Source: Synechococcus elongatus PCC 6301 (GTDB lineage: Bacteria; Cyanobacteriota; Cyanobacteriia; Synechococcales; Synechococcaceae). Taken from it: a DNA stretch of 32,000 nucleotides. Numbering within the stretch: the first letter of the stretch is position 1; each line of letters opens with the position of its first letter. The position numbers were made by a program, and so were the translations under genes. The stretch covers positions 2,580,001 through 2,612,000 of the forward strand of contig NC_006576.1 of assembly GCF_000010065.1 (NCBI RefSeq), given 5' to 3'. Positions 27,884 to 32,000 of the stretch are shown here, one piece after another. A model generated the notes under the pieces. That model saw only the letters and a program-made list of their open reading frames with translations. It ran no database searches and was not told the origin of the DNA.

Positions 27884-28384
27884 TTAGGGAAGAACCTCAA
27901 GGCTGGCCGCTAAGCCTAGGCTGCTGAGCGATTGTAGAAGCTGATCGGCCCGCTGACGATCGCGAAAAATACCAGCTTGCATTCGACCCCGACTATCGGC
28001 AAAGGCATCGGGTACTAAGCTGATCAGGCTTTGTTGTTCTGCACTGTTGTGGACTTGGACAAGGAGGCGATAGCGCGGCCCGGAGGGTTCTGCAAGGGCT
28101 TGAGGTGGTGGCGGTGGATTGCCACTGCTTGGATCAAAGGAGCGATCGCTCAGTAAGAGCCGTGGAACGCCTGGATCCTCGGGACGGCTGGTGGGAATGG
28201 GGGCATTGGGGACCGCCAAACGATCGCTGGAGATCACAGGTGTTGCGATCGGTGGTGCGGCTTCTAGTGGTTGAAGAACACGACTGGGGGGTGGTTGGTC
28301 TAGCCACGCTGTGTTGGACTGCGCCCAGCTTGGAGCTGGCAAGCCTAGCAAAGCGATCGGTAGTAACCAACCCGATATCCGCAT
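27884..28384 (-). CDS. Secreted proline-rich protein with C-terminal SPOR-like domain (tentative)
   Basis: Signal peptide MRISGWLLPIALLGLPAPSWA and a Pro-rich linker. C-terminal YRLLVQV...MQAGIFRDRQRADQLLQSLSSLGL resembles SPOR. It lies 14 nt upstream of the DUF389 gene start. Confidence 0.6.
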   Translation of the reverse strand: MRISGWLLPIALLGLPAPSWAQSNTAWLDQPPPSRVLQPLEAAPPIATPVISSDRLAVPNAPIPTSRPEDPGVPRLLLSDRSFDPSSGNPPPPPQALAEPSGPRYRLLVQVHNSAEQQSLISLVPDAFADSRGRMQAGIFRDRQRADQLLQSLSSLGLAASLEVLP

Positions 28385-28634
28385 CGATCCACTTATGAGG
28401 GCACTTTAAGCTATCGCATTCTGCAGACGAGACAAGCAGCACAGGGGTTCCACTCTGCAACCTGTAAAGTAAGGGTCGAGCGATCGCTAGATGAATTCAT
28501 TTAAATATTGCTGAGTGAGCTCCGAGTCGCTTTCAGGGGAGATTGTCGATGTCGAATAGAAGAGGGCAAGCACTACGGCCAGCGGTGGGCGATCGCAGTC
28601 CCTCCTTTGCTGAAAATTATTCGTTTCTCAGGGA

Positions 28635-29168
28635 TTAAGACTGGCGCCGCCAATGTTCCAGTTGCCGCCGCACCCGATCATCCAAGCGGCTTCCGAGGGT
28701 TTTAGGTTGGTGTTTGCGCCGTTGCTGGGCTTGCCACTGGCGAACTTTTTGAATTGAAGCTTCGACATCGAGAGCCAGTCGATGGGTCGACATCCACTCG
28801 GCACCAAAGCCAATCACTGTCAGTTGCTGGGCGCGATCGCTGGTGGCAACAATGACCCGCTGACGGGCAGTCCGCAAGGCGTCACGGTGACTCGCACAGG
28901 TCATTTCTATATAAGTATCAGCCGTCTGCTCTGAGTCTGTGTAGCTGACGACGAGCTGCTCAGTCACTTGCTCCTGTTGACCTGGGGTTGCTCGATATTG
29001 AGCATCAAAAACAACATTGGTCAGATAGCCTTGGTAGGCACTGTAATTACTCAGCAACTCAACCAGTTCTGTGCGAGCTGCTTCCAAGCCATGGCGATCG
29101 CGCAGTTGCTGTAAGTGTTGCCAAGCACCAATGACGTTGTAGCCATCGACAAGCAGCAGAGCAGACAT
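28635..29168 (-). CDS. YacP/Rae1-type NYN-domain ribonuclease
   Basis: MSALLLVDGYNVIGAW...VVFDAQ...VVSYTDSEQTADTYIE...VATSDRAQQ parallels B. subtilis YacP (Rae1). ATG 29168 is preferred over GTG 29186. Confidence 0.85.
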   Translation of the reverse strand: MSALLLVDGYNVIGAWQHLQQLRDRHGLEAARTELVELLSNYSAYQGYLTNVVFDAQYRATPGQQEQVTEQLVVSYTDSEQTADTYIEMTCASHRDALRTARQRVIVATSDRAQQLTVIGFGAEWMSTHRLALDVEASIQKVRQWQAQQRRKHQPKTLGSRLDDRVRRQLEHWRRQS

Positions 29169-29272
29169 GATCTGGAGGAGTGGCACTTACTTCGTTAGTG
29201 TGACACTTCCGTCACAATCCTCTGCGGTTGATCCTGCCGGTTTCGCTCGCTACATGAGCTAAAGATCCAGAC

Positions 29273-29953
29273 TCAGAGCTGGTTGAGACAGGCTTTTACC
29301 GTTTCTACAGATCCTGTCGCTACAACTCGCCCCTGTTGCAAGAGACAAGCCCCATCGGCGGCTTCGAGTTCTTCGAGCCGGTGAGTAACCCAGAGAGCTG
29401 TCAAACCGCGATCGCGCACTAATTGTTGAACTTGCTGAACTAAGTCGCGCTGACTGTCGCTATCCAAGAGCGCGGTGGGTTCGTCAAACAGGAGTAATTC
29501 ACAGTGGCGAGCGATCGCACCAGCGATCGCCACCCGTTGCTTTTGACCACCACTCAAGGCATAGATCGGCCGCCTTTCGTAATGTGCTAGCCGGACGGCT
29601 GCTAGGGCTTCAGCCACACGCTCTTGAGCTTGAGTGACCGACAGACCCTCTTCGACTAATCCAAAGGCTACATCCGCCCCGACAGTAGGCATCACCAATT
29701 GATGATCGGGATTCTGAAAGACAAACCCCAAGGGGCGATCGCAGGCGATCGTGCCGGATTGCAGCGGCAACAGTCCAGCAATCAGGCGCAGCAGCGTTGA
29801 TTTACCACTGCCGTTATCCCCCAACAGCATCCAGAACTCGCCCCGGGGAATTTGGAGATCGCAATCCTGGAGGATGAACGAGTCGGGCGACCAGCCAAAA
29901 CTGAGCGATCGCACGTCAAGAGCAAAATGAGAAGTGACCGATGGATATTCCAA
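29273..29953 (-). CDS. ABC transporter ATP-binding protein (ECF/CbiO-like), no adjacent permease
   Basis: Walker A GDNGSGKST, signature LSGGQKQRVAIA, Walker B LLLFDEPT. Start is TTG 29953 or GTG 29914. Confidence 0.9.
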   Translation of the reverse strand: MEYPSVTSHFALDVRSLSFGWSPDSFILQDCDLQIPRGEFWMLLGDNGSGKSTLLRLIAGLLPLQSGTIACDRPLGFVFQNPDHQLVMPTVGADVAFGLVEEGLSVTQAQERVAEALAAVRLAHYERRPIYALSGGQKQRVAIAGAIARHCELLLFDEPTALLDSDSQRDLVQQVQQLVRDRGLTALWVTHRLEELEAADGACLLQQGRVVATGSVETVKACLNQL

Positions 29954-30000
29954 GAATGCTGAGAGGGCTAAAAGTCAGCTGAGAAGCTTTAGAAATAGTG

Positions 30001-30037
30001 AAGCAGTCTCAGGGATATCGCCTAACCGAGACTGCTT
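30001..30037 (-). terminator. Perfect 10-bp hairpin downstream of the 88-aa ORF
   Basis: AAGCAGTCTC (30001-30010) / GAGACTGCTT (30028-30037) with a 17-nt loop. The U-tract is weak. Confidence 0.4.
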
Positions 30038-30097
30038 TGCCGCATCAAGTCACTCAACAAGCTGCGACGCTTGGGGCGATCGCTTGGTGAGTAACCG

Positions 30098-30364
30098 TTA
30101 TTCGCCAATCACAGCAAAGCCAGGACGCTTGACCGTGGCACTACCGCCCGACTTCTCGTAGAGCTGGACCGAGGCGATCCCGCTGGTGAGCACTGCCAGC
30201 TTCTTCTCAGCCTGGAACTCGCAGTGCAGCTCCAATACGCTTGGCTGGCCGCTGCGCAAGGCCTCAACCACTTGCTGATAGGCCGCCTGTGCAGCTTCTG
30301 CTTCTTTGCGCTGCACCGAAACCGGCATGGGCGTGAACTTCAGGGAAATCTCAAGGATGTACAT
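30098..30364 (-). CDS. Conserved-looking hypothetical protein (88 aa)
   Basis: ATG start and balanced composition (MYILEISLKFTPMPVSVQRKEAEAAQAAYQQV...). Divergent from psbD. No motif recognised. Confidence 0.65.
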   Translation of the reverse strand: MYILEISLKFTPMPVSVQRKEAEAAQAAYQQVVEALRSGQPSVLELHCEFQAEKKLAVLTSGIASVQLYEKSGGSATVKRPGFAVIGE

Positions 30365-30444
30365 GGAAGCCTGCGAGACACAACGGCAGCGATCGCTTCC
30401 AGTATCTCAGATCAATATCCCTCCCCGATGGGAGGCAGCCTGCC

Positions 30445-30497
30445 TATAATGAGACGACAGTAACGAAACGTTAAGCTGCGACCTCGGTTGCCATAAT
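30445..30497 (+). promoter_or_regulatory. Candidate psbD -10 boxes
   Basis: TATAAT at 30445-30450 and CATAAT at 30492-30497. Neither has a good -35. A CCTCCC/GGGAGG hairpin lies at about 30417-30435. The psbD Shine-Dalgarno GGAG is at 30550-30553. Confidence 0.3.
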
Positions 30498-30564
30498 CAT
30501 CCATGTTTGTCGCAAACTGCGTTTCTCTGAACTGATATTGCAAATATCTGGAGATTGCTAAGCA

Positions 30565-31623
30565 ATGACGATTGCAGTAGGGCGAGCGCCAGCGGAGCGG
30601 GGATGGTTTGACGTCCTCGACGACTGGCTGAAGCGCGACCGATATGTATTTGTGGGTTGGTCAGGGTTGCTGCTGTTTCCCTGTGCGTATTTAGCACTGG
30701 GCGGGTGGTTGACCGGGACCAGCTTTGTGACGTCGTGGTACACCCACGGCATCGCGTCTTCGTACTTAGAAGGCGGCAACTTTTTGACCGTAGCAGTGAG
30801 CACCCCAGCGGATGCGTTTGGGCATTCGTTGATGCTGCTGTGGGGCCCCGAGGCACAAGGGAACTTCGTGCGTTGGTGCCAGTTGGGTGGCTTGTGGAAC
30901 TTCGTAGCACTGCACGGCGCCTTCGGCCTGATTGGGTTCATGCTGCGTCAATTTGAGATTGCGCGGTTGGTGGGCGTCCGTCCGTACAACGCGATCGCCT
31001 TTTCGGGTCCGATCGCAGTGTTCGTGTCGGTGTTCTTGATGTACCCGTTGGGTCAATCGAGCTGGTTCTTCGCTCCGAGCTTTGGCGTGGCAGCGATTTT
31101 CCGGTTTTTGTTGTTCCTGCAAGGGTTCCACAACTGGACCTTGAACCCATTCCACATGATGGGCGTGGCCGGGATTTTGGGTGGGGCATTGCTGTGCGCC
31201 ATTCACGGTGCGACGGTGGAGAACACCCTGTTCGAGGATTCAGAGCAATCGAACACCTTCCGGGCATTTGAGCCGACGCAGGCCGAAGAGACGTACTCGA
31301 TGGTGACGGCGAACCGTTTTTGGAGCCAGATTTTCGGGATTGCGTTTTCGAACAAGCGGTGGCTGCACTTTTTCATGCTGTTCGTGCCGGTGACGGGCTT
31401 GTGGATGAGCTCGATCGGGATTGTAGGTTTGGCGTTGAACCTGCGGGCGTACGACTTCGTGTCGCAGGAGCTGCGGGCCGCTGAGGATCCGGAATTTGAG
31501 ACGTTCTACACGAAGAACATCTTGTTGAACGAAGGGATTCGGGCCTGGATGGCACCGCAAGACCAACCGCACGAAAAATTCGTCTTCCCCGAAGAGGTTC
31601 TGCCTCGCGGTAACGCTCTCTAG
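30565..31623 (+). CDS. psbD: Photosystem II D2 protein, monocistronic copy
   Basis: 352 aa, [34 protein letters not shown]...[12 protein letters not shown]. No psbC reading frame overlaps or follows the 3' end. Confidence 0.98.
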   Translation: MTIAVGRAPAERGWFDVLDDWLKRDRYVFVGWSGLLLFPCAYLALGGWLTGTSFVTSWYTHGIASSYLEGGNFLTVAVSTPADAFGHSLMLLWGPEAQGNFVRWCQLGGLWNFVALHGAFGLIGFMLRQFEIARLVGVRPYNAIAFSGPIAVFVSVFLMYPLGQSSWFFAPSFGVAAIFRFLLFLQGFHNWTLNPFHMMGVAGILGGALLCAIHGATVENTLFEDSEQSNTFRAFEPTQAEETYSMVTANRFWSQIFGIAFSNKRWLHFFMLFVPVTGLWMSSIGIVGLALNLRAYDFVSQELRAAEDPEFETFYTKNILLNEGIRAWMAPQDQPHEKFVFPEEVLPRGNAL

Positions 31624-31654
31624 GCATTTTTCTCTAACAGGAAAGATTTTTGCT

Positions 31655-31681
31655 CAACGGCCTCCCCAAAGGAGGTCGTTG
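31655..31681 (+). terminator. Stem-loop 32 nt after the psbD stop (mRNA 3' hairpin or terminator without U-tract)
   Basis: CAACGGCCTCC (31655-31665), loop CCAAA, GGAGGTCGTTG (31671-31681). 11 bp with one G-U pair. Confidence 0.45.
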
Positions 31682-31937
31682 CCGTTAGGATAGGGGGCGT
31701 AAACCTGTTGTAGTTGCGCGGAGGTGGTGCCCTCATGGTGGAATGTAGTAAAACCTTGGGTCTGATCGTTGGAGAAAGCCGGCTGTGAGCCGGAACCGTC
31801 CTCTGAGCACGATTCCCAGTAATCTTTAAGGTCTGGAACCAGACTTTAGTCGGAGAGTTCTTCCGGCAGCCAGGTTCCGACGTCATAGACCCGACTAGAC
31901 CGCTCCTTGTCATCTGATAGGGAGCGGATAGTTTTTT
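31682..31937 (+). other. Unassigned structured transcript region (long psbD 3' UTR or independent sRNA)
   Basis: Hairpins at 31779-31793, 31828-31847 and 31849-31881. The region ends in the strong terminator at 31900-31937. I could not assign an RNA family. Confidence 0.3.
31900..31937 (+). terminator. Strong intrinsic terminator
   Basis: 12-bp stem from 31900-31911 to 31916-31927 (CCGCTCCTTGTC / GATAGGGAGCGG, two G-U pairs), loop ATCT, then ATAG-TTTTTT (31932-31937). Confidence 0.8.
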
Positions 31938-31965
31938 GAGCAATTATCAACTCATCAATTCCGTA

Positions 31966-31990
31966 GCAAAAAGCACGAGATTACTCGTCT
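31966..31990 (-). terminator. Weak terminator for a convergent minus-strand gene lying beyond the window
   Basis: The minus strand reads GACGAG-TAAT-CTCGTG followed by CTTTTTGC. The stem is only 5 bp. Confidence 0.35.
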
Positions 31991-32000
31991 CAAGTCGCTA

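Noticed and set aside
28385-28634. 250-nt intergenic region with palindromes ATGAATTCAT/ATTTAAAT (28491-28506) and ORF 28508..28705
   Set aside because: The palindromes are short and AT-rich, consistent with a promoter region. The ORF overlaps the NYN gene end and has an implausible composition. There is no evidence for an RNA gene.
30497-31627. Seven alternative-frame or antisense ORFs within psbD
   Set aside because: psbD identity is unambiguous, and these are shadow ORFs.
31690-31900. Attempted assignment to a known RNA family (cobalamin, TPP or ykkC riboswitch, SRP RNA, tmRNA, 6S RNA)
   Set aside because: The diagnostic blocks are missing: no AGGGAA/GCCACTG, no CTGAGA...ACCTGATC, no GGAA-tetraloop SRP helix 8, no long closing stem. 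The next gene is convergent, so a riboswitch leader makes no sense. The GCAGCCAGG resemblance to 4.5S RNA is too short.
31620-31943. 107-aa minus-strand ORF downstream of psbD
   Set aside because: It spans two plus-strand hairpin/terminator structures. Its Ser/Thr/Arg/Pro-rich composition has no hydrophobic core pattern.

Overview
This 32-kb window looks like ordinary chromosome from a HIP1-rich (GCGATCGC) cyanobacterium. Gene content and order resemble Synechococcus elongatus PCC 7942/6301; that is my recollection, not a search result. Coding density is high: about 32 protein genes plus one clear RNA gene, rnpB (RNase P RNA, minus strand, about 23735-24113).

Confident calls:
- murD (partial, runs off the window edge)
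- cysS
- katG
- gldA-type glycerol dehydrogenase
- a radical-SAM gene translationally coupled to a TagA/WecG-type glycosyltransferase gene
- a 1079-aa GH15 / phosphorylase-kinase-alpha/beta-like protein
- a rubrerythrin and Fur/PerR-family divergent pair
- rnc
- a GAF-GAF-GGDEF protein
- a DUF389 membrane protein
- a YacP/Rae1-type NYN nuclease
- an ABC ATPase
- a 6-TM voltage-sensor K+ channel
- a monocistronic psbD (D2, psbDII-type)

No CRISPR array, tRNA, rRNA, transposase or integrase was seen. Several N-termini in the ORF track begin at TTG or GTG and look over-extended; I give the start I consider more likely and note the alternative.

I see no unambiguous multi-gene novel system. The best candidates for a second look are:
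1. A low-GC, HIP1-free cassette between katG and gldA. It encodes an orphan HEPN-like (Rx4H) protein and is bracketed by a 10-bp direct repeat.
2. A perfect 25-bp palindromic operator overlapping a consensus promoter between the PerR-like gene and rubrerythrin.
3. rnpB abutting rnc with no room for a separate promoter.
4. A full-length bacterial homologue of the phosphorylase kinase regulatory subunits.
5. A structured region of about 220 nt, ending in a strong terminator, downstream of psbD.

All functional assignments come from reading motifs by eye and need HMM or structure confirmation.
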